In this document: in pieces, positions 6,715 through 16,352 of the stretch
Position numbering within the stretch: position 1 is the first letter of the stretch
Layout of the letters: each line of letters starts with the position of its first letter
NCBI GenBank assembly: GCA_040081625.1
Contig: JBEBGD010000036.1
Coordinates: 1-45,086 of the forward strand
Reading direction: 5' to 3'
Length of the DNA stretch: 45,086 nucleotides
Source of the DNA: Chthoniobacteraceae bacterium
GTDB lineage: Bacteria; Verrucomicrobiota; Verrucomicrobiia; Chthoniobacterales; Chthoniobacteraceae
Position numbers and translations under genes: made by a program
The notes under the pieces: generated by a model
Told to the model about the DNA's origin: nothing
Databases searched by the model: none
The model's input: only the letters and a program-made list of their open reading frames with translations

Positions 6715-9261
6715 ATGCTCCCCCGCATCGCATCGCTCGTCGCTCTTTTCGTCGTCAGTCACGCGCAGGCCGTCACCTATCGCGTCGGGCCCACGCGCGG
6801 CTACAAGACCCTCGACTCCGTCTCGTCGCGCCTGCGCGGGGGCGATATTGTCGAAGTCGATGGCGGCGCCACTTATGTCGGGCAGAGCACTTTGCGGAAC
6901 TCCGGCTCGATCACCAATCCCATCACCATCCGCGGCATCGACAGCGGCACTGGGCGGCCGGTGCTCTCGACTTCCGGCGGCATCGCCGGCGGCTCGGTCG
7001 TGCGGTTCTGGGGGCACCACACCGTGTTTGAAAACTTCGAGGTCACCGCGAATCGCGATGCTGCGACCGGGCGTGGGCTGCACATCGTCGCGCACAATGT
7101 GACCATCCGCTCCTGCACCGTGCACGATGTCAAGGGCCAGGGCATCCACGGCTCGGACAGCGCCGGCTCCATCACCCTCGATCGCGTCGAAGTGTATCGC
7201 TGTGGCGCGGGTGATCGTGAGCACCAGATCTACGTCGCGAGCGACAACGAATACTTCGGCGGCGCCGTCTTCCGCATGGGCGGCTGCTACGTCCACGACG
7301 GGCTCGGCGGCAACAACGTGAAGTCGCGTGCGGGCCGCAGCGAAATTTTCGGCAACTGGATCGAGGGCGCGGCCTTCCACGAACTCGATCTCATCGGCGC
7401 CGATCCTTCGAGCCAGTTGCCGGGCACCGCGCACTGGCTGCGCGAGGATGCGGATGTCGTCGGCAATGTGCTGCGCAAACGCGCAGGCTCGGCCGGTTAC
7501 TTCGCGCGGCTCGGCACCGACGGCACCGGCGCGAGCAATGCGCGCTACCGTTTTTTCCACAACACATTCGTCGTCGATCCCGCCTATCGCGCCACGGCGA
7601 CGGTCTTCGGGATGAAGGGGGCGGTGCAGTCGATCGAGGCATTCAACAACGTCTTCCACAACCCTGTGACGGCGATGCGCGTTTACTACGGCGGCCCCTC
7701 GCACAGCAGCGGCGCAAACAATTGGGTGACTGCGAAGGCGACCGCCGTGCCCGCGGCGTGGACCAGCACGATCGCCGGGACTGATCCGGGCTTCCGCGAC
7801 GCCGCGGCGCTCGACTTCACGCCACGCGCCGACGGCCCGCTGTTCGGCGCGGGAGTCACGACGACGACGAGCCCGGCGGGCTACGAGTTTCCGAATCCCC
7901 TCGCGTCGCCGGCGATCCAGCCACCGACACCGGCCGCTCCCGCGACACCGCGCGCGGCCAACGGCTTGCCGGACATCGGCGCGTTCGACCTGCCCGATCC
8001 CGCGCCGGGCCAGGCGAACACCGTGCCGCAGGCCGTGGACGACCTCGTCGATTTCACCGGCTCGACGGCGGTGACGATCGCCGTGCTCGCCAACGACTCC
8101 GATGCGGACGGCGACGCGCTCCTGGTCACTAGCGTGACGCGGCCGCGCTTCGGCACGGCGAGCATCGTCGGTGGCGCGATCCTCTACACGCCACGCACGA
8201 CCTTCCCCGGCGAGGAAGTGCTCACGTATCGCGTGTGCGATGGCCGCGCGGTGTGCGCCGCCACGCTCACGCTGCGCAATCCATTCGTCGTCGTGCGCGG
8301 GTCGTTCGACGGGCTGGTGCTCGCGGGCGATGTGGCGGACGGCTTCGCCGGCGCGCTGCAGATCTCGCTCGGCGCATTCGGGACGTTCACCGGCACACTG
8401 CGCCTCGGCCCGGTGAGCCACGCGTTGCGCGGCATCTTCGATGTCGCCGGCGATGGGCGTGTGTCGATCACGCGCAAAAATCTCCCGCCTCTCGAAGTGG
8501 TCCTGCACATCGACTTCGCCGAGTCCACGCTCGCCGCCACGGTCAGCGACGGCACGCGCACGGCGAGCGTGAGCAGCGACCGCGTCATCTACGACAAGGC
8601 GCATCCGCTGGCGCACGCCGGAAACTACACGGCGCTGCTGCCGGATCCCGCGTCGCGCAGCTTCCCGCCCGGGAATGGGTTCGCCGTGCTCTCGGTCTCG
8701 GCGACGGGTGGCACGCGCATCGTCGGCGTGCTCGGCGACGGCGTGGGATTCTCGGTCGGGGGCTGGGTCCACAAGGACGGCTCCCTGCCGGTGTTCGCGC
8801 CGCTTTACCCGAAGGTGCGTGGCGCGCTGTCGGGCTCGTTTTCGTTTTCGCCGGAAGGCGCGACCGGGAGCTTCGCATGGTGGAAGCCGCCGCAGCCGTC
8901 CGGGGTTCATCGCGATGGATTCCGTATCGATCTCGACGCGGTGGGCACGCGATGGAAACGCAGCGCATGGCTGGGCGGAAGCGCAACGCTCACCTTCGCG
9001 GGCGGAGAACTCGCCGCCCCTGCGAGTGCGAGCGTCGTGCTCTCGCCTGTCGCGCCGACGATGTTTCCCGACGCGGGTGGGATCATGCTCTCGTTCGACG
9101 TGAAAGCGGCGTCGGGCACGTTCAAGGGCCGCATCCAGCATCCGGTGCTCAACCGTGCGGTCGATGTGCGCGGCGCCGTGTTGCAACCGCTCGCGCTCGG
9201 CGCGGGATTCTTCACCGGGAGCGCCTCGGCCAGCTCCGTCGATCTCGCGTTTGCGCCTTAG
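6715..9261 (+). CDS. Secreted right-handed beta-helix protein with a cadherin/Ig-like domain and a large beta-rich C-terminal domain
   Basis: Signal peptide MLPRIASLVALFVVSHAQA; beta-helix repeats (NVTIRSCTVHD, SITLDRVEVY); PDIGAFD; PQAVDD...VLANDSDADGDAL Ig motif. Confidence 0.8.
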   Translation: MLPRIASLVALFVVSHAQAVTYRVGPTRGYKTLDSVSSRLRGGDIVEVDGGATYVGQSTLRNSGSITNPITIRGIDSGTGRPVLSTSGGIAGGSVVRFWGHHTVFENFEVTANRDAATGRGLHIVAHNVTIRSCTVHDVKGQGIHGSDSAGSITLDRVEVYRCGAGDREHQIYVASDNEYFGGAVFRMGGCYVHDGLGGNNVKSRAGRSEIFGNWIEGAAFHELDLIGADPSSQLPGTAHWLREDADVVGNVLRKRAGSAGYFARLGTDGTGASNARYRFFHNTFVVDPAYRATATVFGMKGAVQSIEAFNNVFHNPVTAMRVYYGGPSHSSGANNWVTAKATAVPAAWTSTIAGTDPGFRDAAALDFTPRADGPLFGAGVTTTTSPAGYEFPNPLASPAIQPPTPAAPATPRAANGLPDIGAFDLPDPAPGQANTVPQAVDDLVDFTGSTAVTIAVLANDSDADGDALLVTSVTRPRFGTASIVGGAILYTPRTTFPGEEVLTYRVCDGRAVCAATLTLRNPFVVVRGSFDGLVLAGDVADGFAGALQISLGAFGTFTGTLRLGPVSHALRGIFDVAGDGRVSITRKNLPPLEVVLHIDFAESTLAATVSDGTRTASVSSDRVIYDKAHPLAHAGNYTALLPDPASRSFPPGNGFAVLSVSATGGTRIVGVLGDGVGFSVGGWVHKDGSLPVFAPLYPKVRGALSGSFSFSPEGATGSFAWWKPPQPSGVHRDGFRIDLDAVGTRWKRSAWLGGSATLTFAGGELAAPASASVVLSPVAPTMFPDAGGIMLSFDVKAASGTFKGRIQHPVLNRAVDVRGAVLQPLALGAGFFTGSASASSVDLAFAP

Positions 9262-10853
9262 AGCTGCACGGTCTGCACCGAGACGATGTCGCCTTCGCTG
9301 AGCAGCTCCTTCACGAGCGGCTCGCCGGGGACGGAGTCGAGATTGAGCACGGTGAGCGCCTGACCGCCCGCCACGTCGCGGCTGAGCGACATGCCGGCGA
9401 TGTTCACGCTGTGCCGGCCCATCATCGTGCCGACGTAGCCGACGATGCCGGGACGGTCCTTGTTTTCGAGCAGCAGCAGCACGCCCTCGGGCCGCGCCTC
9501 GACGTGCCGGCCGTTGACTTTGACGATGCGCGGCGTCGAGCCGAAGAAGGTGCCGGCGACCGACACCCAGCCGGTCTCGCCAGCAGCGGTCAGCTCGATC
9601 AGCTCGGCGAAATCGGTGAGGCTGCTCTCGCGCGACTCGGTGATCTTGATTCCGAGATTCTCGGCGAAGGCGGGCGCGTTGACGATGTTCACGTCGGCGC
9701 CGCCGGCCTGCTCGAGGAAGCCCTTGAGGATCGCGCGCGTGATCGCAGTCGTATCGACTTCGTTGATCTTGCCGCTGTAGTTCACGTTGAGGCTGTCGCA
9801 GCGTTTCGTGGCGATCTGCGAAAGGAAGCGCCCGAGCTTTTCGCCGAGCGAGAGGTGCGGGCCGATGATGCCGAGCGTCTTCGCGTCGATGTTCGGCATG
9901 TTCACGGCGTTGCGGATTTCGCCGTCGAGCAGCGCGGCGCGGATCTGCTGCGCGACTTCGATGCCGACGCCTTCCTGCGCCTCGACGGTCGAGGCGCCGA
10001 GGTGCGGCGTGGTGACGAGGTTGGGCGCGTTGCGCAGCGGCGAGTCGGCGGGGAGCGGCTCGACTTCGAAGACATCGAGCGCGGCGGCGGCGACCTGGCC
10101 GCTCTTGAGCGCCTCGGCGAGTGCGGCCTCGTTGACGAGTCCGCCGCGCGCGGCGTTGATGATGCGCACGCCGGGTTTGCACAGGCGCAGCCGGCGCGTG
10201 TCGAGCATGTCCTTCGTCTCCGCGGTCATCGGCATGTGCAGCGTGATGAAGTCGGCCTGCGCGACGATGTCGTCGATATTTTCGATCAGCTCGACCTGCA
10301 GCGAGCGGGCGCGGGTGGCGGAGAGGAAGGGATCGTAGGCGAGCACGCGCATGCCGAAGGCCATGGCGCGGCGCGCGACCTCGGTGCCGATGCGGCCCAT
10401 GCCGAGGATGGCGAGCGTCTTGGTGTAAAGCTCGACGCCCTCGAAGTCCTTGCGGTTCCACTTGCCGGACTTCATCGACGCGTCGGCGGCGGGGATCTTC
10501 CGCGCGAGCGACATCATCAGCGAGAAGGCGTGCTCGGCGGTCGAGACGGTGTTGCCGGCGGGTGTGTTCATCACGATGACGCCGCGCTTGGTGGCCGCGT
10601 CCACGTCCACATTATCCACGCCGACGCCCGCGCGGCCGATGACGCGCAGGTTCTTCGCGGCTTCGATGACGGTCGCGTTCACTTTGGTCTGCGAGCGGAC
10701 GACGAGTCCGCTGAATTCGCCGATGATGGCGATCAGTTCGTCCTCCTTGAGGCCGACCTTTACGACGACCTCGAGCGAACCGCCCACGGAGAGTTCCGCG
10801 ATACCGCGTTCTGAGATGGCGTCGGCGACGAGGACTTTGGGCTTGTTGCTCAT
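9258..10853 (-). CDS. serA: D-3-phosphoglycerate dehydrogenase
   Basis: GRAGVGVDNVD, GMGRIG, INAARGGLV, TPHLGAST; C-terminal ACT domain (NKDRPGIVG). Confidence 0.96.
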   Translation of the reverse strand: MSNKPKVLVADAISERGIAELSVGGSLEVVVKVGLKEDELIAIIGEFSGLVVRSQTKVNATVIEAAKNLRVIGRAGVGVDNVDVDAATKRGVIVMNTPAGNTVSTAEHAFSLMMSLARKIPAADASMKSGKWNRKDFEGVELYTKTLAILGMGRIGTEVARRAMAFGMRVLAYDPFLSATRARSLQVELIENIDDIVAQADFITLHMPMTAETKDMLDTRRLRLCKPGVRIINAARGGLVNEAALAEALKSGQVAAAALDVFEVEPLPADSPLRNAPNLVTTPHLGASTVEAQEGVGIEVAQQIRAALLDGEIRNAVNMPNIDAKTLGIIGPHLSLGEKLGRFLSQIATKRCDSLNVNYSGKINEVDTTAITRAILKGFLEQAGGADVNIVNAPAFAENLGIKITESRESSLTDFAELIELTAAGETGWVSVAGTFFGSTPRIVKVNGRHVEARPEGVLLLLENKDRPGIVGYVGTMMGRHSVNIAGMSLSRDVAGGQALTVLNLDSVPGEPLVKELLSEGDIVSVQTVQL

Positions 10854-10926
10854 TGGAAAAGGGACGCGGATTCTCGGCGTCACACGCCGCCGGGCAACGG
10901 GAATTTTCCCCCTGCGTCCCGCTTCC

Positions 10927-12351
10927 CTACGAAGCAGCCCCGGCGGGTTTGCTCTTCAGCTTCAGCCCGGGCGCGAGCACGTCGAGCGGCAGTGGCGGCG
11001 GCTTGGCGACGGGCTCGGGCTCGTCGAAATGGGTCAGCCGCAGTCCGTCGGTGGTCGTCTTGTCCTGGCCGGTGCGCTTGAGCACGACATCGAGCGCGCG
11101 CCGCATGCGGCTCTTGTTCACGGAGAGAAGCATCGCGGTCTCCTCGGTGATGATCCCGGTCTCAAACGCCTCTCCGAGGCTCTGCTCGAAGCTGCACCAT
11201 CCATCCTGGCGCGAGGCCTCGATGATCTCGTGAAGATTCCGCACGTCGCTTTCGCCGAGCTGGATCGCTTCGCGCGTCCGCAGGTTCGAGCCCATGATCT
11301 CGGCGATCATCTTGCGCCCGCCGCCGATCTTCGGCGCGAGCCGCTGGCTGACGACCCACCGCAGCACCTCGGAAAGCCGCGCACGCATCTGCTTCTCCTC
11401 GTCCTTCTCAAACATGCCGAGCACGCGCTGGATGCTCTGCCCGGCGCTGATCGTGTGCAGCGTGGAATAGACGACGTGGCCGGTCTCCGCCGCCGTGAGC
11501 GCGATCTCCATCGTCTCGCGGTCGCGGATTTCGCCGACGAGGATGACCTTCGGCGCCTGTCGCAGCGCGGCGCGCAGGCCGGTCGCAAAGTCCGAGAAGT
11601 CGTGCCCCATCTCGCGCTGCGAGAAGGTCCCGGCGAGGTGCGGATGCACGTATTCGATCGGGTCCTCGAGCGTCACGATGTGGCATTTGTGCGTCTGGTT
11701 CACCTCGTTGAGCATCGCGGCGAGCGTCGTCGTCTTGCCCGAACCGGTGGCGCCGGTGACGAAGATGAGGCCGGTCTTTTCCGTCACGATCCGGCGGAAG
11801 ATGGGCGGCAGGCTGAGGTCGTCGAGCGAGGCGATCTTCGTGCTCAGCTTGCGCAGCACCATGGCGTAGGTGCCGCGCTGCTTGAAGACGTTCACGCGGA
11901 AGCGCGCAAGGCCCTCGACGGCGTAGGCCGTATCGCACGAGCCGCTCTCCTCCAAGTCCGCGAGCAGGCGCGGGGTGCCGGCGATGAGCGCGAGAGCGAT
12001 GGCCTCGGTCTGCGCGGGGATTAACGTGCCGGAGATGCAGCCGCCTTCGACTTCCGCAAGCTCGCCGAAGGTCTCGACCTGCGGCGGGCGGCCCGCGACG
12101 AAGAACAGATCGCTCACGCCGTCCCCGGTCGCGAGCATGTGCGCGAGCTGGCGGTCGAGATCGGCGCGGGGCATCGGCTGCCCGGCGGCGATGGCCGTTC
12201 GCTGCGCGGGCGGTGGTGCGGTCGCGCCGCTCGGGGCCGGGGCGGCCGGTTTCGGCGCGGTCGCGGCGTAATCAATCTCGATCGCTCCCGCCGCGTTCGT
12301 CTTCGGGGCGGGGCTCGGGATCATGCGTCCGTGTTTGTCGTAGAGTGGCAT
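10927..12351 (-). CDS. PilT/PilU-family type IV pilus ATPase
   Basis: Walker A GATGSGKTTT, TLEDPIE, LRQAPKVILVGEIRD, His box GHVVYSTLHT. Confidence 0.9.
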   Translation of the reverse strand: MPLYDKHGRMIPSPAPKTNAAGAIEIDYAATAPKPAAPAPSGATAPPPAQRTAIAAGQPMPRADLDRQLAHMLATGDGVSDLFFVAGRPPQVETFGELAEVEGGCISGTLIPAQTEAIALALIAGTPRLLADLEESGSCDTAYAVEGLARFRVNVFKQRGTYAMVLRKLSTKIASLDDLSLPPIFRRIVTEKTGLIFVTGATGSGKTTTLAAMLNEVNQTHKCHIVTLEDPIEYVHPHLAGTFSQREMGHDFSDFATGLRAALRQAPKVILVGEIRDRETMEIALTAAETGHVVYSTLHTISAGQSIQRVLGMFEKDEEKQMRARLSEVLRWVVSQRLAPKIGGGRKMIAEIMGSNLRTREAIQLGESDVRNLHEIIEASRQDGWCSFEQSLGEAFETGIITEETAMLLSVNKSRMRRALDVVLKRTGQDKTTTDGLRLTHFDEPEPVAKPPPLPLDVLAPGLKLKSKPAGAAS

Positions 12352-12397
12352 CGCGCGCCACCCATTCGCAGGATGCAGGCCACCGCGCCGCGAGAAA

Positions 12398-13987
12398 TCA
12401 GCGGGTCACTTCGCGGACGAAGATATTGACCGTCTGCCCGTCGTCGGCGCGAGTGATCGCGCGGACTTCGAAGCTGCGGGAGGCATCGCGCGCGAAGACT
12501 TCGCCTTCATCCGGGGGCAATGCACCGCCTGGGAACTCGGCAATGATGCGCACCGCGCTGCCGGGCGGCAGCGGTTCGCCCTTCGGGCGTAGCACGGCCT
12601 TGTTGTCGCCACGGGCGGTGACGACGAAGTTGCCGCTCAAGTAAATCCGGTCGGCACCGCCGGCCACGCCGACGAGATCGAGCGCCTCGGTCGAGCTGAT
12701 CGTGCGGCCGGCTGGCAGGCCGCCGGGCGGGTAGAGACGCCACGTGCCGCTCATTTCGCCCGGCGGAGCGATGCCCGAGTTGGATTGCACAAAGGGCTTC
12801 AACGGCACTCCCGACGGTGAGATGGCGGGCGGAGCCATCGCGGGTGGTGGCGGCGGAAGTTCGGGCGCGGGCTCAGGCGGCACGACCACGACCGGCGGCG
12901 GGATCACCGCGACGGGCGCCGGCGGCGCGGGCACGGGCAGCGGCACGGGAGTCGCGGGCATCGTCACGACCGGGAGCGGGGTCGCCACGGGCAGCGGTGC
13001 CGGGGTGCGCGTGTTCAGCGTCAACTCGGTGATCGGTGCGCGCATGCGCGGGGTCGGCACGCCGGGGCGGACCGGCTCCGCCCTCGCGACGGGCGGCTCG
13101 GGGATCACGCCGGACTCCGGCGCGACCGTGCCGGGCAGCACGGTGTCGATCCGCACGAGTTCGGGGCCTTTCGCGACGGACTTCGGATCGATCGCCGCCG
13201 GCTCACCAGCGCGCATTTGCGCGAAGCGCTTGAGCGCGTCGTTGAGCTTGTCCCCGCGCGAGATCGGCAGGCCTGCGGCGATGTTCAACTCAAGCGGCGG
13301 CTCGCTCGCGAAGGTGCCCGCCCCGCCCTTTAGCGCGTAACTCGGGTAGTGCAGCGGCGCGACGGTCAGCAGCATGCGCCCATCGGCGAGCCGCTCGACG
13401 TGGATGATCGCCGTCACGTCGTTGGTTTTCTCGATGCTGAACGGATACCCCGGCACGAGCAGCTTCCTGCTCATCTCGAGGTTCGGCCCGGTCGCGGGGA
13501 AGAGATGCTCGACGACCACCTGCGCGTAGTCCGCCGGCTGCATGAGCGCGACGGTGCCCATGGGAAAAAGATCGCCCGCCGTCAGCTCGTCGGCCTGCAT
13601 CACGTCGAACTTCCCGCGCAGATACGGCACCAGCTTCTTGGTCTCCGTGTAGTTCTTGATGTAGATGCGCAGCAGTTCCGCGTTCTCGCGCTCGAGCTCG
13701 AGGCGCGTGAGCGTGGAGAACTTCTCGAACGCCCGCTGCGCCGAGAGGAACTCGCCCTGCGGCGCCTGCGTCACGTCGAAGCGTCGCAGCTGCTCGATCT
13801 TCTTGAGCTTCATGAGGATCGCGTAGCAGCGCGCCTCCTCCGGGTGGCCGAAGATATAAAAGCTCCCGAGCCAGCACGCGAACGCCGCGCCGATGAGCAG
13901 AAGGATCAGCACCGTCCACAGGAACAGGTTGTCCTTGCGCCGCGGTTGCAGCTCCTCGTCTTCGAAATCGTAAAAGTTCTCCGCCAT
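12398..13987 (-). CDS. Hypothetical bitopic membrane protein with a long Pro-rich linker
   Basis: N-terminal TM helix (LFLWTVLILLLIGAAFACWLGSFYIF); Pro-rich segment; long ORF with genome-like codons. Confidence 0.8.
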   Translation of the reverse strand: MAENFYDFEDEELQPRRKDNLFLWTVLILLLIGAAFACWLGSFYIFGHPEEARCYAILMKLKKIEQLRRFDVTQAPQGEFLSAQRAFEKFSTLTRLELERENAELLRIYIKNYTETKKLVPYLRGKFDVMQADELTAGDLFPMGTVALMQPADYAQVVVEHLFPATGPNLEMSRKLLVPGYPFSIEKTNDVTAIIHVERLADGRMLLTVAPLHYPSYALKGGAGTFASEPPLELNIAAGLPISRGDKLNDALKRFAQMRAGEPAAIDPKSVAKGPELVRIDTVLPGTVAPESGVIPEPPVARAEPVRPGVPTPRMRAPITELTLNTRTPAPLPVATPLPVVTMPATPVPLPVPAPPAPVAVIPPPVVVVPPEPAPELPPPPPAMAPPAISPSGVPLKPFVQSNSGIAPPGEMSGTWRLYPPGGLPAGRTISSTEALDLVGVAGGADRIYLSGNFVVTARGDNKAVLRPKGEPLPPGSAVRIIAEFPGGALPPDEGEVFARDASRSFEVRAITRADDGQTVNIFVREVTR

Positions 13988-13997
13988 GTCCGCCGCC

Positions 13998-14336
13998 TCA
14001 GTGCGCCGCGTGTTCGTCGGCCTCGAACGATGTGCCGCAACCGCAGCTCCGCACCGCGTGCGGGTTCTTGAGCCGGAAGCCCGTGCCGGTGAGGTCGTCG
14101 CAGTAATCGACCTCCGAGCCGCTCAGATACTGCAGGCTCTCCGGGTCCACGATCACCTGCACGCCGCCTTGCGCGAAGACCTCGTCGCCCGGCTCGGCGC
14201 CGTCGAGCGTCATTCCATATTGCATCCCCGCGCAGCCGCCCTTCTCCACGAACAGCCGCAACCCCTTCGAGGCGTCGCCCTTCTCGGCGATCATCGTCTG
14301 GAGATGGCGCACTGCCGGTTCGGTGAGCGTGATCAT
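13998..14336 (-). CDS. Fe-S cluster assembly A-type carrier (IscA/HesB/ErpA family)
   Basis: GGCAGMQY and RSCGCGTSF motifs. Confidence 0.93.
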   Translation of the reverse strand: MITLTEPAVRHLQTMIAEKGDASKGLRLFVEKGGCAGMQYGMTLDGAEPGDEVFAQGGVQVIVDPESLQYLSGSEVDYCDDLTGTGFRLKNPHAVRSCGCGTSFEADEHAAH

Positions 14337-14459
14337 AGGCGGGAGGGTAGATTGGGAAGTGGTGAGTGCCAAGAGCCGAGTGGGTTCACCGTGTAATACG
14401 CATCACGACGCCGAATCTTTCATTCGTCATTCGTCAGCCCTCATTTATTTCTCGGCACC

Positions 14460-16211
14460 ATGCCGCGAATCGCCCTTCTACCCGAACACGTCGCCAGCCA
14501 GGTGGCCGCGGGCGAGGTCGTCGAGCGGCCGGCCTCAGTCGTGAAGGAACTCGTCGAGAACTCCATCGATGCCGGCGCCACGCGCATCGAGGTCGCCATC
14601 AAGCGCGGCGGCTCCTCCGCCATCCGCATCGTCGATGACGGCTGCGGCATGGATCGCGATGACGCCCTGCTCTGCCTCGAGCGTCACGCCACTTCCAAGA
14701 TCCGCACCGGCGAAGACCTCGCCACCGTCCGCACGCTCGGCTTCCGCGGCGAGGCGCTGCCTTCCATCGCCAGCGTCTCGCGCTTCCGGCTCACGACTCG
14801 GGAAAAGGGCGCGCTCGCCGGCACTGAGGTCATCGTGAACGGCGGGCGCATCGAGACCGTGCGCGATTGCGGCGAGCCGGAGGGCACGCAGATCGAGGCG
14901 CGCTCGCTCTTCTTCAATCTCCCCGCGCGCCGCAAATTCCTCCGCACCGAGCAGACCGAGGCGAGCCATGTCGAGCAGGCACTCCACCTCCAGGCCATCG
15001 GCCATCCGCAGATCGGGTTCACGTTCGTGCGCGACGAGCGCGTCGTCTTCCAACTCCCGCCGGGCCAGTCGCTGCGCGAACGCCTGCGCGACCTCTGCGG
15101 CGCCGCGCTCGTCGCCGAGCTGCTCGCGGTGCCGGAGTATTGCACCGACTGGATAGGCATCCGCGGGCAGGTGGGCAAAGCCGGCGTGAGCCGCAGCACA
15201 CGCCAGCAGAGCATCGTGTTCTTAAATGGCAGACCGGTCGAGAACCCGACGCTCACCCACGCGCTGCGCGAAGGCTATCACACCGCGCTCATGCGCGGGC
15301 AGCACCCGGTCACCTTCCTCTTCCTCGAGATGGACCCCGAGCGCGTGGATGTGAACGTCCACCCCGCCAAGCGCGAGGTCCGTTTCCGCGACCCCGCCGG
15401 CGTGCGCGAGGCCGTGGCGCAGGCGCTCCGGCAGGCCTTGGAAAGCGATCGCGCGAGCTGGTCGCAGACTTTCCGGGCGGCGCCTGAGCCGGCACTCATC
15501 CCGGAGCGCGAGCAACTCGCGTTGCGGAAGGATTGGAGCGACCTGCCCGTGATGCCGGCGCCGCTGCGCGGGGCTCAACTCCAAACTCCAAACGAGCCGC
15601 CGCCTGAGCCCGCGACGACAAGTCCGAAAGCGGAGAACTTCAAGATCCTCGGCGTGCTCGGAAAGCTCTACGTGCTCATGGAGAATGCGACCGGCCTCGT
15701 GCTCGTGGACCAGCACGCCGCCCACGAGCGCGTCCTCTTCGAGGAAATGCGCCGCCGCATGGAGACCCAGGGCGTCCCCACCCAGCGCCTGCTGCTCCCG
15801 CTCACCCTCGAGGTCTCCCCGCGCGATACCGACTGGATCACCCGCCACCTCGACGTGCTCGACCGCGCCGGCCTCGGGCTCGAGCCCTTCGGCGAGCACA
15901 CCTTCAAGATCGACGCGCTCCCCACCTTCCTCCGTGCCGACGACCCCGCTCAGCTCCTGCGCGACATCATCGACGACCTGCGCGACACCACCGCGCAGAA
16001 CAGCCGCCTGCGCCTCGGCGAAGACATGATAGCCAAGACCGTCTGCCGCCACGCCGTGAAAGCCAACGACGTGCTGCGCGAGCCCGAACTGGTGCGGCTC
16101 ATCCAGGACCTGCTCGCCTGCGAGCTGCCCTATTGCTGCCCCCACGGCCGGCCCACCATGATCCAGATGAGCTACGCGGAGCTGGAGAAAAAGTTCGGGC
16201 GCATCGTGTGA
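14460..16211 (+). CDS. mutL: DNA mismatch repair endonuclease MutL
   Basis: AAGEVVERPASVVKELVENSIDA, GFRGEAL, DVNVHPAKREV, DQHAAHER, CPHGRP. Confidence 0.97.
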   Translation: MPRIALLPEHVASQVAAGEVVERPASVVKELVENSIDAGATRIEVAIKRGGSSAIRIVDDGCGMDRDDALLCLERHATSKIRTGEDLATVRTLGFRGEALPSIASVSRFRLTTREKGALAGTEVIVNGGRIETVRDCGEPEGTQIEARSLFFNLPARRKFLRTEQTEASHVEQALHLQAIGHPQIGFTFVRDERVVFQLPPGQSLRERLRDLCGAALVAELLAVPEYCTDWIGIRGQVGKAGVSRSTRQQSIVFLNGRPVENPTLTHALREGYHTALMRGQHPVTFLFLEMDPERVDVNVHPAKREVRFRDPAGVREAVAQALRQALESDRASWSQTFRAAPEPALIPEREQLALRKDWSDLPVMPAPLRGAQLQTPNEPPPEPATTSPKAENFKILGVLGKLYVLMENATGLVLVDQHAAHERVLFEEMRRRMETQGVPTQRLLLPLTLEVSPRDTDWITRHLDVLDRAGLGLEPFGEHTFKIDALPTFLRADDPAQLLRDIIDDLRDTTAQNSRLRLGEDMIAKTVCRHAVKANDVLREPELVRLIQDLLACELPYCCPHGRPTMIQMSYAELEKKFGRIV

Positions 16212-16223
16212 GGCCGGCCCCCG

Positions 16224-16311
16224 ATGGACGGGAGGGACTTCATGGACTGCCGTCCAGCGCGTCCATGCGGTCCATGCGGTCCATCGTGTCCATCATGTCC
16301 ATCGCGTCCAT
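16224..16311. repeat. 9-bp tandem repeat (GTCCAT-NNN) with inverted ATGGAC copies
   Basis: GTCCATGCG GTCCATGCG GTCCATCGT GTCCATCAT GTCCATCGC GTCCATC, preceded by ATGGAC at 16224 and 16242. Confidence 0.8.
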
Positions 16312-16352
16312 CTCCGCTTGCACCGCGCGCCTCCTCCGCGAACCTCGCGCCC

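Noticed and set aside
6541..10461. 1306-aa minus-strand ORF (and 8235-10814 on plus)
   Set aside because: Arg/Ala-rich shadow frames overlapping serA and the beta-helix gene; no motifs.
16224..16352. Cys-rich metallothionein-like N-terminus (CGPCGPSCPSCPS)
   Set aside because: It is the translation of the 9-bp GTCCAT repeat; the signal peptide starts at 16353.
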